Below the pieces are notes generated by a model. The model saw only the letters and a program-made list of their open reading frames with translations, made no database searches and was not told the origin of the DNA. A program made the translations under genes and the position numbers. Below, in pieces: positions 9,950-20,000 of a stretch of 64,000 nt of DNA (position 1 is its first letter; every line of letters begins with the position of its first letter). Where the stretch lies: assembly GCA_963169855.1 (NCBI GenBank), contig CAUJCN010000002.1, positions 452,885 to 516,884 on the forward strand. Direction: 5' to 3'. The DNA comes from Patescibacteria group bacterium. Its GTDB lineage: Bacteria > Patescibacteriota > Dojkabacteria > J137.

Positions 9950-10648
9950 ATGGAGAACCCACCACCAATAATTGATACAACAAGATCTTTTGAAGCTGAG
10001 CAGCTTCCTAATGTACCGACATTAGAAGCATATACTGAGGATCAGAAGCAGAGTCTACTTATAATATATCTTGCAGATAGTGATCTTCCCGATGTGACTC
10101 CAAATCGAATATTAATGCTAATTCAATACCTCGATCAGTATACCGAGCTTCCACAGCAGACTCGATTTGCCAAGAAACTTGATATGATTAAACAGTACAT
10201 TTTAATGACCACCTCATTAATTTATCTTCACCCAATAGCCAACGAAGAGTATTCAATACCGTTACGTGATTTATCTGGAATCGGAGGAGTTCAAAGTAAT
10301 ACGGATAGACCTGTTGGCATTGATACTGTAATGGCTGAAGGGACTGTTGGTAGAATATATTGGACTAGTGCGGGTGAAAATTTACAAACGTTTGGTGAAT
10401 ATTTAAATGACATTACAAACAATACACTTGGGTTGATTTTTGAAGATACTACAACAGAAGGTGTTAGAGCATATATTCTAACAGCACCAAAACCAGGATC
10501 TGACGTAAAATTACCAGTATTTTCTGCAACAATGCAGAGAGTACTAGACTCAGATGGGAATGTTTATGAAGATATCGATGTATTTTCACTACCTAATAAA
10601 GTTATTATTGATTTTCCTTGGGAGGATCAAAGATCTAATAGTGCCTAA
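9950..10648 (+). CDS. Hypothetical protein
   Basis: 232-aa ORF with own -10-like box; no recognisable motif. Confidence 0.6.
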   Translation: MENPPPIIDTTRSFEAEQLPNVPTLEAYTEDQKQSLLIIYLADSDLPDVTPNRILMLIQYLDQYTELPQQTRFAKKLDMIKQYILMTTSLIYLHPIANEEYSIPLRDLSGIGGVQSNTDRPVGIDTVMAEGTVGRIYWTSAGENLQTFGEYLNDITNNTLGLIFEDTTTEGVRAYILTAPKPGSDVKLPVFSATMQRVLDSDGNVYEDIDVFSLPNKVIIDFPWEDQRSNSA

Positions 10649-12159
10649 CCCAGTTCTACCCTGAATCCTAACGCCTCTGAAATATGCTTTGGAAGAACCT
10701 CTACACTCCTATCCATATCAGCGATTGTTCTTGCAACTTTCAAAACTCGATGATAACTCCTTGTACTTAAATTCATCTTTTCTATCGCAAGTGTTAGAAG
10801 CCTTCTACCTTCTTCATCTAAATTTATAAATTCTTCTACTTCCTTCGACCCCATATCAGAGTTTGTCAGCAGTTTACTATCCATAAGACGTTCAGATTGG
10901 ATTCCTCTGCATTCAATAACTCTACTTCTTATCTGTTTACTTGTCTCTGCTGTCGATTGTTTGAACAAAATTTCGTTCTCAACTTTATTAACTCTTACTA
11001 ACAAGTCGATTCTATCTAGAATCGGACCAGAAATTTTCTTCTGATATTTGATTACATCATTTTGTGAACAGGTACACTGTTTCGATGAATCCCCCTTATA
11101 TCCACATTTACAAGGATTCATTGCAGCGATAAGAATAAAATTAGCCGGAAAAGTAAAAGTACCATTTACTCGGGAGACAGTAATCACTTTGTCTTCGAGT
11201 GGTTGTCTTAAAGCTTCTAGTGATTGAGAAGAGAACTCTGTAAACTCATCTAGAAACAAAATTCCTCTGTGAGCGAGTGAGATTTCTCCAGGTTTTGGAA
11301 TGGATCCACCACCCACCAACGCAACTTGAGAGCTTGTATGATGAGGTGAACGAAAAGGTCTCTGTTTAATAAATGGGTTCTTATTGGAAGTAAGCCCTGC
11401 TATGCTGAAAATACTTGTAACTTCTATACTCTCTTCGTAAGTAAGCTCAGGAAGTATTCCGCTAAAAGCTCGGGAAAGCATTGTTTTTCCTGAGCCAGGT
11501 GGACCAAATAACAAGATATTATGCCCACCGCTTGCTGCAATCTCCATAGCCCTTTTCGCATAATCATGACCTTTTACAAATTGAAAGTCGTGATTATTTA
11601 CCACAGGAATGTTTTCAACAAGTTCAGAATTTTTGTACGGTTGAAGAATCGATGTTTTATTAAAGTGCTCAATTATTTGTTTCAGATTTTTGATTGCGTA
11701 AATATTTACATCGGGAACTACCGAGGCTTCCATTGCATTATCAGAGGGAAGATAAATTTCTTCGAAATTACTCTTTTTGGCCATGCTGACAATTGGCAAG
11801 ATTCCTTTAACAGGTTTTACTTCTCCATTTAGTGAAAGCTCACCTATAAACAATTTTTTGTCAGTATCAAACTCTATTTGATCCGAAGCAAGCAAGAAAG
11901 CAATCGCAATTGGGAAATCGTAGGATGGACCAGTTTTAGTAAGCTCAGCTGGAGCTAAATTCACGATGACTCTCATTGGAACAAACTCTGCTCCTGAATT
12001 TTTCAGTGCAGCTGGGATTCTATCTCTAGCTTCTTGAACAGATTTATCCCCCAGACCCACAATCGCCATGTAGGTGTTTCCCTTCCTGTAATCTACTTCG
12101 GCAGTCACTATTTTGCAATCAAATCCATGCAAAGCTGCTGTATATAATTTCGAAACCAT
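10645..12159 (-). CDS. comM: YifB/ComM Mg-chelatase-like AAA+ ATPase
   Basis: VNLAPA, GELSLNG, GPPGSGKT, PFRSPHH, GEISLAHRGILFLDE, MNPCKCG; start taken at ATG 12159. Confidence 0.92.
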   Translation of the reverse strand: MVSKLYTAALHGFDCKIVTAEVDYRKGNTYMAIVGLGDKSVQEARDRIPAALKNSGAEFVPMRVIVNLAPAELTKTGPSYDFPIAIAFLLASDQIEFDTDKKLFIGELSLNGEVKPVKGILPIVSMAKKSNFEEIYLPSDNAMEASVVPDVNIYAIKNLKQIIEHFNKTSILQPYKNSELVENIPVVNNHDFQFVKGHDYAKRAMEIAASGGHNILLFGPPGSGKTMLSRAFSGILPELTYEESIEVTSIFSIAGLTSNKNPFIKQRPFRSPHHTSSQVALVGGGSIPKPGEISLAHRGILFLDEFTEFSSQSLEALRQPLEDKVITVSRVNGTFTFPANFILIAAMNPCKCGYKGDSSKQCTCSQNDVIKYQKKISGPILDRIDLLVRVNKVENEILFKQSTAETSKQIRSRVIECRGIQSERLMDSKLLTNSDMGSKEVEEFINLDEEGRRLLTLAIEKMNLSTRSYHRVLKVARTIADMDRSVEVLPKHISEALGFRVELG

Positions 12160-12235
12160 ATTCAAAATTATCAACTATTAATGAAATTTGAGCATTGGGC
12201 TGCAATACAATTTTTGAGAGAAAGTACTCCTTGAG

Positions 12236-12946
12236 CTATTTACTTACACCTGAGCTAATAACTATCACCCATTCTCCTTTCAAGGTTTTGGTTTTGATTT
12301 GATGCGCTATTTCTTTAATATTCCCAGTTATTACATTCTCGAACTTTTTTGTTAAATCGTTGGAGAGTGAAACCATCGCGTCAGGATACTCATCGCTAAT
12401 TATTTCCACTGTTTTTGCAACTCGAAAAGGAGATTCGTAAATAACTGTAGTAATTCCTGCTTGCATGGAGTTTTCGATTTTTTTCAGAATCTTTCCTCGT
12501 TCTCTTGGGAGGAATCCAAGGAAAGTGAACTTATCGACTGGAAATCCAGAGTAAATGAGTGCTGGTTCAATCGCAGTTGGACCAGGAATAACTTCAATCT
12601 GAACTTCCTTCTCTCTTAGTTCTTTTAAAAGTAAATATCCTGGATCTGAAATAAGAGGCATTCCCGCATCTGTTACGAAAGCTATGTCATTTTGTTCAAG
12701 AACGGAGATAATTTGAGATATAATTCTATCGTGGTTTTGTTCTCTGTAAGAAACAACCTTCTGAGATTCACCAATGCTATCTGTAATGAAGTCTGGGAAT
12801 CTTTCTTTCAATAATGATCTAAGCTTAATATAGTTACGCGTATCCTCACAGACAACTACAGAAGCACGAACGAGCTCATTAAGAGCTCGTATCGAAATGT
12901 CTTCTAAATTCCCAATTGGTGTTCCTACAACCTTTAGTTTAAACAT
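12236..12946 (-). CDS. rsmI: 16S rRNA (cytidine1402-2'-O)-methyltransferase
   Basis: VGTPIGNLEDIS.RA, CEDTR, DAGMPLISDPG, YESPFR, LTKKFE. Confidence 0.95.
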   Translation of the reverse strand: MFKLKVVGTPIGNLEDISIRALNELVRASVVVCEDTRNYIKLRSLLKERFPDFITDSIGESQKVVSYREQNHDRIISQIISVLEQNDIAFVTDAGMPLISDPGYLLLKELREKEVQIEVIPGPTAIEPALIYSGFPVDKFTFLGFLPRERGKILKKIENSMQAGITTVIYESPFRVAKTVEIISDEYPDAMVSLSNDLTKKFENVITGNIKEIAHQIKTKTLKGEWVIVISSGVSK

Positions 12947-13113
12947 TAGTTCATTCTAAAATCTCTGAAATCAATTGGTTGAGTATTCTGGAGAGTTTCT
13001 GAGATTCTTAAACTAAACACAGATGTTAAAACGACTAAGCAAAGTATGGAAAGAATTTGACAAATAAAGATGCCTAAAATTGTAGCTAAAAGCATTTTTA
13101 AGAATTGTGGCAT
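12946..13113 (-). CDS. Small single-TM protein, 55 aa (not in ORF track)
   Basis: Manual translation MPQFLKMLLATILGIFICQILSILCLVVLTSVFSLRISETLQNTQPIDFRDFRMN*; TAA overlaps the rsmI ATG (TAATG). Confidence 0.7.
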   Translation of the reverse strand: MPQFLKMLLATILGIFICQILSILCLVVLTSVFSLRISETLQNTQPIDFRDFRMN

Positions 13114-13131
13114 AAGGTTACTAAATCTAAA

Positions 13132-13293
13132 TTATCTGTAAATAGAGTCTGTTGGATAGTTCACATTGCTTAACTGATTAAGAATCACTCCACCTGTCAC
13201 TGCAGAGAAAATAAATAGACAAGCTACTGATGCGATTACACAAATGAAATAACCTAACATCACAGCTAATACCATTTTGAAAAACTGTCCCAT
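13132..13293 (-). CDS. Small single-TM protein, 53 aa (not in ORF track), paralog of 12946..13113
   Basis: Manual translation MGQFFKMVLAVMLGYFICVIASVACLFIFSAVTGGVILNQLSNVNYPTDSIYR*. Confidence 0.7.
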   Translation of the reverse strand: MGQFFKMVLAVMLGYFICVIASVACLFIFSAVTGGVILNQLSNVNYPTDSIYR

Positions 13294-13341
13294 ATTTTAT
13301 ATTTTAACAAGTAATAAATAATTATATAAAGCTTGTTTATA

Positions 13342-13629
13342 TTAGTAAACTCCAATCTCATCTATACTTGGAAATATAGTTCTAAGCAAACCTATAAACT
13401 TATCTGCTAATTTGCCCGAATAGCTTCCATAACCTGATCCTTCTGAAGTTCTACATAATTCATCATTGTATTTGTTCACTACTTCCATAAACTTCTCCCC
13501 AACTTCGTTGAACTCTTTTCTATATTTATCGGGCTCTTCAGTAAATTTAGTATGAATGTCTGTAAATTGAGTCCAAAGTTCACCGTTTTCTTCTACAAGT
13601 TTTTTTAATGTTGTTTGATATTTGGTCAT
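13342..13629 (-). CDS. Hypothetical helical protein
   Basis: 95-aa ORF coupled to the upstream gene by TAATG overlap. Confidence 0.7.
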   Translation of the reverse strand: MTKYQTTLKKLVEENGELWTQFTDIHTKFTEEPDKYRKEFNEVGEKFMEVVNKYNDELCRTSEGSGYGSYSGKLADKFIGLLRTIFPSIDEIGVY

Positions 13630-14480
13630 TAGTAATTATGAGTAATAGTTCTATGATGCGGCTTTAAACCTTGCAAAGTTTTAGAAGCCTTCCATATTAT
13701 ACTATCTAAAACGATAGGATTAATACCATGAATATAGGCAAGCTCTTGAATCGCTACTATTGAGGCACCTCTTATTTCAATCTCCTGAGGGGAACCTTCT
13801 TCTAGGTATAGGCCTGCATCAATAATTTGCTGAAGTTCTTCGGAATATTCTAAGATCCCTATACTATTCAGAAATTGTGGAATTCGATAGTCTGCTAATC
13901 CTGTTAGCGACTTATATACATTGAATGCCGTAATTTTATCTCTAAAAGAATAAATTAAAGCTTGAATTCTTTTGTAAAAATATACTTTCCCGAAACCTGG
14001 AGAGACTCTCTCATCTCGATACTGCGGCATTTTTTTTGTCATATCTTCAATTAAACACTCAATATCGCTAAAAGAGTTTAAGTAATTTTCGATATTAAAT
14101 TGAATAGATTCTAGAAAAGTTATAGTTTCTTGGATAAAGTGAAAACGTTCTTCAGTTAAATACAATGGAGAAAAAACTTCTTTAAATTCTTGTAAGGATA
14201 GAGATTTAAAACCGTCAAATTTTATCTTATTGTACAAAGCTAAAAGTCTTTCTTTTACAACACCCGTGTTTAATGATTGTGAACTATCAAAATTCCAAAA
14301 GCAGAAGTTAATAGCAGAAAAAAGCAATCTAATATCATCGTCCAGCATTGCTTCCGGGGTAACCTCCTCCGAACCAAACTTCTCCCAGTACTCCGTAAAT
14401 GCGTGATAATTCCTCCTGTTGATGGCAACAGAATGAGATTTTTCAGTGATTTTGTATGCAGATTCTAATACCCGATCCAC
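13629..14480 (-). CDS. Queuosine salvage protein (Qng1/DUF2419 family Q-nucleotide N-glycosylase)
   Basis: AINFCFW, VYFYKRIQ, LTGLADYRIPQFL, EIEIRGAS, PHHRT..NY motifs. Confidence 0.85.
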   Translation of the reverse strand: MDRVLESAYKITEKSHSVAINRRNYHAFTEYWEKFGSEEVTPEAMLDDDIRLLFSAINFCFWNFDSSQSLNTGVVKERLLALYNKIKFDGFKSLSLQEFKEVFSPLYLTEERFHFIQETITFLESIQFNIENYLNSFSDIECLIEDMTKKMPQYRDERVSPGFGKVYFYKRIQALIYSFRDKITAFNVYKSLTGLADYRIPQFLNSIGILEYSEELQQIIDAGLYLEEGSPQEIEIRGASIVAIQELAYIHGINPIVLDSIIWKASKTLQGLKPHHRTITHNY

Positions 14481-14500
14481 TTTATTTGTAGTATAATTGG

Positions 14501-15145
14501 ATGAATTATAACATGTTACAAATGGAGTCAGAGCCTACTATTGCTCCAAAATTAGTTAAAGGAGACACAATTACTTTGCCAACTACGGGTGGTTTCCTAA
14601 AGGTTACGCATTACGACACAAGCTATCCAGATCAACCTCTGATGATGTTTGCATCTCTTATTGAGTCGCCAGAAGGTGTTGAAGAGATACCAATCTTGAG
14701 AATGCATTCAAAATGTTTATTTGGGGAATCTTTCGGATCTCAGAAATGCGAGTGTGGGCCACAATTAGAAGAAGGAATTGCTGAAGTTATTACAAATAAG
14801 GGAATCCTTGTCTATCTTGATCAAGAAGGCAGAGGACATAGTTTACACGACAAATTCAGAGAATATAAGCTACAGGAGCAGGGATTAGATACCTTCCAAG
14901 CTAGTGAAGCGCTTGGTTTAAAAGCAGATGCTAGAAGTTATGAAGTAGTTGCAGATATTCTAAAAGAAAGAGGAATAACAAAAGTACGATTGCTTTCAAA
15001 TAACCCAGATAAAGTCTCTCAGTTACGAAACTTTGGTATCGAAGTAGTTGAAAGCGTTGCTTCTGATGTAGAAGTTAATGAATACAACAAAAGATACTTG
15101 GATGCTAAAGCAGCAAGATACTCAAACGATACAAAGAACGTTTAA
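14501..15145 (+). CDS. ribA: GTP cyclohydrolase II
   Basis: LRMHSKCLFGESFGSQKCECG, QEGRG, DARSY, LLSNNPDK; true start may be ATG 14513 or 14522. Confidence 0.9.
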   Translation: MNYNMLQMESEPTIAPKLVKGDTITLPTTGGFLKVTHYDTSYPDQPLMMFASLIESPEGVEEIPILRMHSKCLFGESFGSQKCECGPQLEEGIAEVITNKGILVYLDQEGRGHSLHDKFREYKLQEQGLDTFQASEALGLKADARSYEVVADILKERGITKVRLLSNNPDKVSQLRNFGIEVVESVASDVEVNEYNKRYLDAKAARYSNDTKNV

Positions 15146-15153
15146 TTATCTAT

Positions 15154-15933
15154 CTATTCTAAAATTCCCCAAATAAAGTTGAAGATTGCAATAGAGTTTG
15201 AGTAATAAGCAGGGTCTTCAATAACCACAGCTGATAATCCTCCGTCAAAATTTACTACTGCTACTTTGTTATCGTACATAAGAATATCAACCGCAGATAA
15301 TTCTAATGATTTAGTCGTAACCTTGTGTTGGTAGTTCTTAAATTTTGCAAATTCCGGCGTAAATTCCTGTGTTACCTCTGAACTATCAACAATTTCAAAA
15401 ATTTTCAAACTCTTGTTCTTTTTTAACGCATCCAAAAATAATGCTGTATTATCAGGTAATTCTTGAGTAACCTTTGCAAAATTTACATAGGATCTTAGCT
15501 CTTTCGTCTTTAAAGCTTCTGTATAAACCATTCTTACGCCAGCAGCTCCTCCATAGTACTTAACGTCAACTTTAGCGTTATCCTTCGCCTGAGGAACTAG
15601 TTCGTATATAGTACTAACTAATTCCGGCATTACTTTCTCAAGTTTCTGAACATCCCACTTTCTCTGCTCTAATAAGAATTTCAATTTCTCTGGATCTTCT
15701 GCAATAACCATTCTTCTCTCTCCGTAGTTAGTTTGACTCACCAATCCTTTCTTAATCAATTCTTCAACGTTATTATGAGTAGTAGATCGCTTAATAGCAG
15801 TTTTTCTAGATAAGTCCATAATTGTAGATGGACCTGCCTGTAACAAGTTTAAGTAAATGCTGATTTCTTTGTCGTTTAAACCGAAGTCAACCAAGTAACT
15901 TTTCAATGCTTTCTCTGATACTGTATTTGCCAT
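15154..15933 (-). CDS. TrmB-family wHTH transcriptional regulator
   Basis: FGLNDKEISIYLNLL..GPST..LSRKTAIKRST...L.KKGLV; C-terminal ILMYDNKVAVV..FNFIW. Confidence 0.85.
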   Translation of the reverse strand: MANTVSEKALKSYLVDFGLNDKEISIYLNLLQAGPSTIMDLSRKTAIKRSTTHNNVEELIKKGLVSQTNYGERRMVIAEDPEKLKFLLEQRKWDVQKLEKVMPELVSTIYELVPQAKDNAKVDVKYYGGAAGVRMVYTEALKTKELRSYVNFAKVTQELPDNTALFLDALKKNKSLKIFEIVDSSEVTQEFTPEFAKFKNYQHKVTTKSLELSAVDILMYDNKVAVVNFDGGLSAVVIEDPAYYSNSIAIFNFIWGILE

Positions 15934-16038
15934 TTTTTAGAATTTAAAAACTTAAAATTATGCATTAGCTTAATAGTGTAGACTATTTCGTGTCTTATTT
16001 CACTAGTAAATCCTGACTATTATAACACACTTTTGTCC

Positions 16039-16069
16039 AAAAAAAATGACACTCCGAGGAGTGTCATTT
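16039..16069 (-). terminator. Intrinsic terminator after rpsG
   Basis: AAATGACACTC-cgag-GAGTGTCATTT hairpin followed by a T run on the minus strand. Confidence 0.85.
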
Positions 16070-16086
16070 CGAAATCAATTAGTGAA

Positions 16087-16554
16087 TCAAGCGAACTGAG
16101 CAAATGCTTTGTTAGCTTCTGCCATCCTAAATACTTCTTCTTTCTTTTTGAATGCAGAACCTTCTTTATTAAATGCACTGAAAAGCTCTCTAGCTAATGA
16201 AACCGAGAATTCAGTATCTTTTCTTCCAGCTCTAGCTGCTTCCAAAATCCATCTGATTGCCAAAGAGTCTTGTCTATAAGCATTAACAGGAACAGGTACT
16301 TGTAAGTTTGCTCCTCCTACTCTTCTAGATCTAACTTCAACCTTAGGTTTAACGTTTTCGAAAGCTTTTTCTAATGCATCTACTGCATCTAATTTTGTCT
16401 TTTTAGCTAATTCTTCGAGGGCTACATATACTAGATTTCTAGCAGTTTCCTTCTTTCCGTGCATCATAACATTGTTGATTAGTCTTGAAACTAATACGCT
16501 GTTAAATTTTGCATCAGCTTTAATATCTCTTTTTGGCGCTTGTTTTCCTCTCAT
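16087..16554 (-). CDS. rpsG: 30S ribosomal protein S7
   Basis: VEVRSRRVGGANLQVP, MAEANKAFA. Confidence 0.97.
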   Translation of the reverse strand: MRGKQAPKRDIKADAKFNSVLVSRLINNVMMHGKKETARNLVYVALEELAKKTKLDAVDALEKAFENVKPKVEVRSRRVGGANLQVPVPVNAYRQDSLAIRWILEAARAGRKDTEFSVSLARELFSAFNKEGSAFKKKEEVFRMAEANKAFAQFA

Positions 16555-16625
16555 TTTATTAATTCTTGGTATAAATTATTCTTCACAAACAGTTACCAAC
16601 TGCTTATTACTATATCTTAGAAATA

Positions 16626-17087
16626 CTACTTCTTTGCTGCCCCTGCCTTAGGTGCTTTTCTTCCGTACTTACTTCTAGCTTGTCTTCTAGCTTCTACTGG
16701 TGCCGCATCGAAAACTCCTCTTACGATCTGGTACTTTACACCTGGTAAGTCTGGTCTTCTTCTTGCTTTTACCAACACAACTGAGTGCTCCTGTAGATTA
16801 TGTGTTTCTCCAGGAATATATGCTGTTACGATCTGTTTGTTAGACAATCTAACTCTAGCAATTTTTCTTTGCGCTGAGTTTGGTTTCTTAGGTGTCATGA
16901 TCTTTACTGCAACGCAAACTCCTCTCTTAAAAGGGTTTTCCTTTTTAAAGTATTTGTTTTGAATAGCGTTGTAGTTAAAGTGCATTGACTTGTACTTTGA
17001 ATTGTCTTTGAAAAGTAGACCTTTGAATCTAACCATCTTTGTCTTTGGTTTTCTTCCTTTTCTAACTAATTGCGATACTCTAGCCAT
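16626..17087 (-). CDS. rpsL: 30S ribosomal protein S12 (divergent, with N-terminal insertion)
   Basis: [36 protein letters not shown]. Confidence 0.96.
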   Translation of the reverse strand: MARVSQLVRKGRKPKTKMVRFKGLLFKDNSKYKSMHFNYNAIQNKYFKKENPFKRGVCVAVKIMTPKKPNSAQRKIARVRLSNKQIVTAYIPGETHNLQEHSVVLVKARRRPDLPGVKYQIVRGVFDAAPVEARRQARSKYGRKAPKAGAAKK

Positions 17088-17094
17088 ATTGTTA

Positions 17095-20000
17095 TTAATT
17101 TAAATTATTTTCTTCTAATTGAGCCTCTTCTTCTTTAAGTAGGCCTTGTCTTCTCAAAAGTTCCTTGCCTAATGGAACAGGTCGACCTATTATAACATTC
17201 TCTTTCAATCCTCTCAAGTGATCTACTTTACCTACAAGGGCTGCATCAGTTAGGACCTTAACTTGCTGTTCAAATGAAGCTGCTGATAAGAAACTCTCTG
17301 TTCTCAACGCTGCATTTGTAATTCCAGTAAATACTCTTCTAGCTTTGATTTCCCTCTTTCCTTCAGAAGCCAATACCTTGTTTTCTTTCTCAATGTCTAA
17401 ATGATCGATATAATCTCCAGGTAAGAATGTTTCTGAATCTCCCCCATCTTGAACCAATAGGTATCTACCCATTTGTCTTCCAATGATTTCTAAGTGTCTA
17501 TCATCAACTTCAAGACCCTGGATTCCATAAACATCTTGTACTCCCTGAATAATATATTTCTGTGAGAATTCAATTCCCTTTAATTCTGCTAATTCCTTAG
17601 GATCAATAGAACCGAATGTCAGCTGGTCTCCCTTTTCAACTTTTTGACCATCTTTAACCATAACGTTAATCATGGTTTCGGTTTCTTTCTCAGATTCAAG
17701 AGTTGTATTTCCTTCGATAACCACGAATCCTTCTACAATCTTAACTTTTCCTCCCATTTCAGCTTTTAGTTCTTTTCCATTCTTTACGAAGATAGTTTCA
17801 CCTTCAGCAATTGTAGATCCGTCTTTTACAGCAACTTCATATCCTGCTTTGATTTCAAATTTCTTTAAAGCTTTATCTTTTGATGTAACTCTAATAATTA
17901 TTGATTTCTTGTCATCGATAATTGAAACTGTTCCAGCGATTTCTGCTAACAATGCCTGCGCTCTTGGATTTCTAGCTTCTAATAACTCTTCAACTCTAGG
18001 TAAACCTTGAGTAACGTCTGCCTTAGCAGCTCTAGCGTCTGATTTAGACTTTAGAGTCAACTGAGTTGTAGGTTCTCCAAGCGACTGAGAAGCAATAGTT
18101 CCTACCGCTACTCCGATGTCTACCATCTTTCCTGTACCGTTGTCATATCCATAACACTTAATACAAATTCCATGAGTTGATTGACATTTCATTGGACTTC
18201 TTAAAACAATTCTTTCGATTGCTTCATTCTTGTCGATCAATCGAGAAGCTTCTAAAGTAATAACTTCATCAGCTTTTACTAATACTTCTCCTGTCTTTGT
18301 ATCAACAACATCTTCTAGTGCAACTCTACCTTTAACTCTGTTTCCGAATGACTGAAGTCTAGCTTCGCTTCTAGAAAGAACAACTCCTTCTGTAGCTCCG
18401 CAGTCTTCTTCAACTGTAATAACATCCTGAGCAACATCGTGAAGTCTTCGAGTTAAGTATCCTGAGTCCGCTGTTCTAAGAGCAACGTCCGCGAATCCTT
18501 TTCTAGATCCTCTTGCGTTTACAAAGTATTCAAAGTTAGACAATCCCCTTTCGAAGTTTCCTTTAATAGGAAGGTCTACGATGTTTCCTGATGGGTCTGT
18601 TACGTATCCAACAACTCCAGAAATCTTCTTTACCCAAGATTTTACTGAAACAGCTCCTGAGTTCTGTAGATCCATTAAGTTTTCAGATTCTTTACTTGCA
18701 ATTTCCCAAACAGCATCCTGAATTTCTTCAGATTTAGTTACCCATTTGTCTCTCTTGTTCCATTTGAATTCATTTAGAGTTGCATATCCTTCGTTATAAC
18801 TTTCTGCAAGATCAACTTCGATTTGATCGTATTCTCCTAATTTTTCAGCTAATACTTTGTCAGTTCCGAATTTGAACTCGTTCATTGAGATTGAGAATCC
18901 GTATTTTCCTCCGTATTTAAATCCTAAGTTCTTGATTTGATCTAATACAACGATAGCAACATCACTTCCGTACTTAACGAATAAGTCTGAAGATAAGTTT
19001 GAAATATCTTTGTTGTTCAAAGCTTTGTTAATGAAAGGATATCCTTCAGGTAAAATACTATTGAAAATAGCTCTTCCTGCTGATGTTTCGATAACTTCTC
19101 CATTTACTAATACTTTAGCTGGGTTGAAGAAATCAATCTTTCCTAAGTCATAAGCTGAAATCAAGTTCTTTAAGTCTGGATATAAAGGAGTTCTTCCTTC
19201 TCCACCTCTAGTTTGAGTTAAGAAGTAAACACCCATCGCCATGTCCTTAGACACGTTTACGATTGGAGATCCGTCTCTTAAGTTAAGCATGTTTGACTTA
19301 GCCAACATCTTTGTACTTGCTTCTTCTACAGCAGCTTCTGATAGCGGTAAGTGAACAGCCATCTGGTCTCCGTCGAAGTCTGCGTTAAACCCAGTACATG
19401 TCATTGGGTGAAGTCTAATTGCGTTTCCTTCGATTAAGATAGGGAAGAACGCAATAATACTTTGCTTATGTAAAGTTGGAGCTCTGTTCAAAAGAACAGG
19501 TCTATCCTTAGATACTTCTTCTAAAATGTCGAAAACAATGTCTTCTTTATCTTCAAAAATTACTTTTGCTCTCGAAGGGTTTGGTGCGAATCCTCTTGAG
19601 ATCAATTCTCTTACGATGAATGGTCTAAAGATTTCCAACGCGATACTCTTTGGTAAACCGCACTGGTGGAATTCTAGTTCAGGTCCAGGAACAATAACTG
19701 CGTTTCCAGAGTAGTCTACTCTCTTTCCAAGCAAGTTCTGTCTGAATCTTCCCTGCTTTCCTCTCAACATGTCTGATAAAGACTTGAAAGGTAAACCTCT
19801 TGAGTTTAATGAAGGAGCTCCAGGTTTGTGGTTGTTATCTAACAATGAGTCCACAGCTTCCTGCAACATTCTCTTTTCATTTCTTAGGATGATTTCAGGT
19901 GCACCTAATTGAATCAATCTCTTAAGTCTGTTGTTTCTGTTAATTACTCTTCTATATAAGTCGTTTAAGTCATAAGTTGCGAATCTTCCTCCAGGCAACT

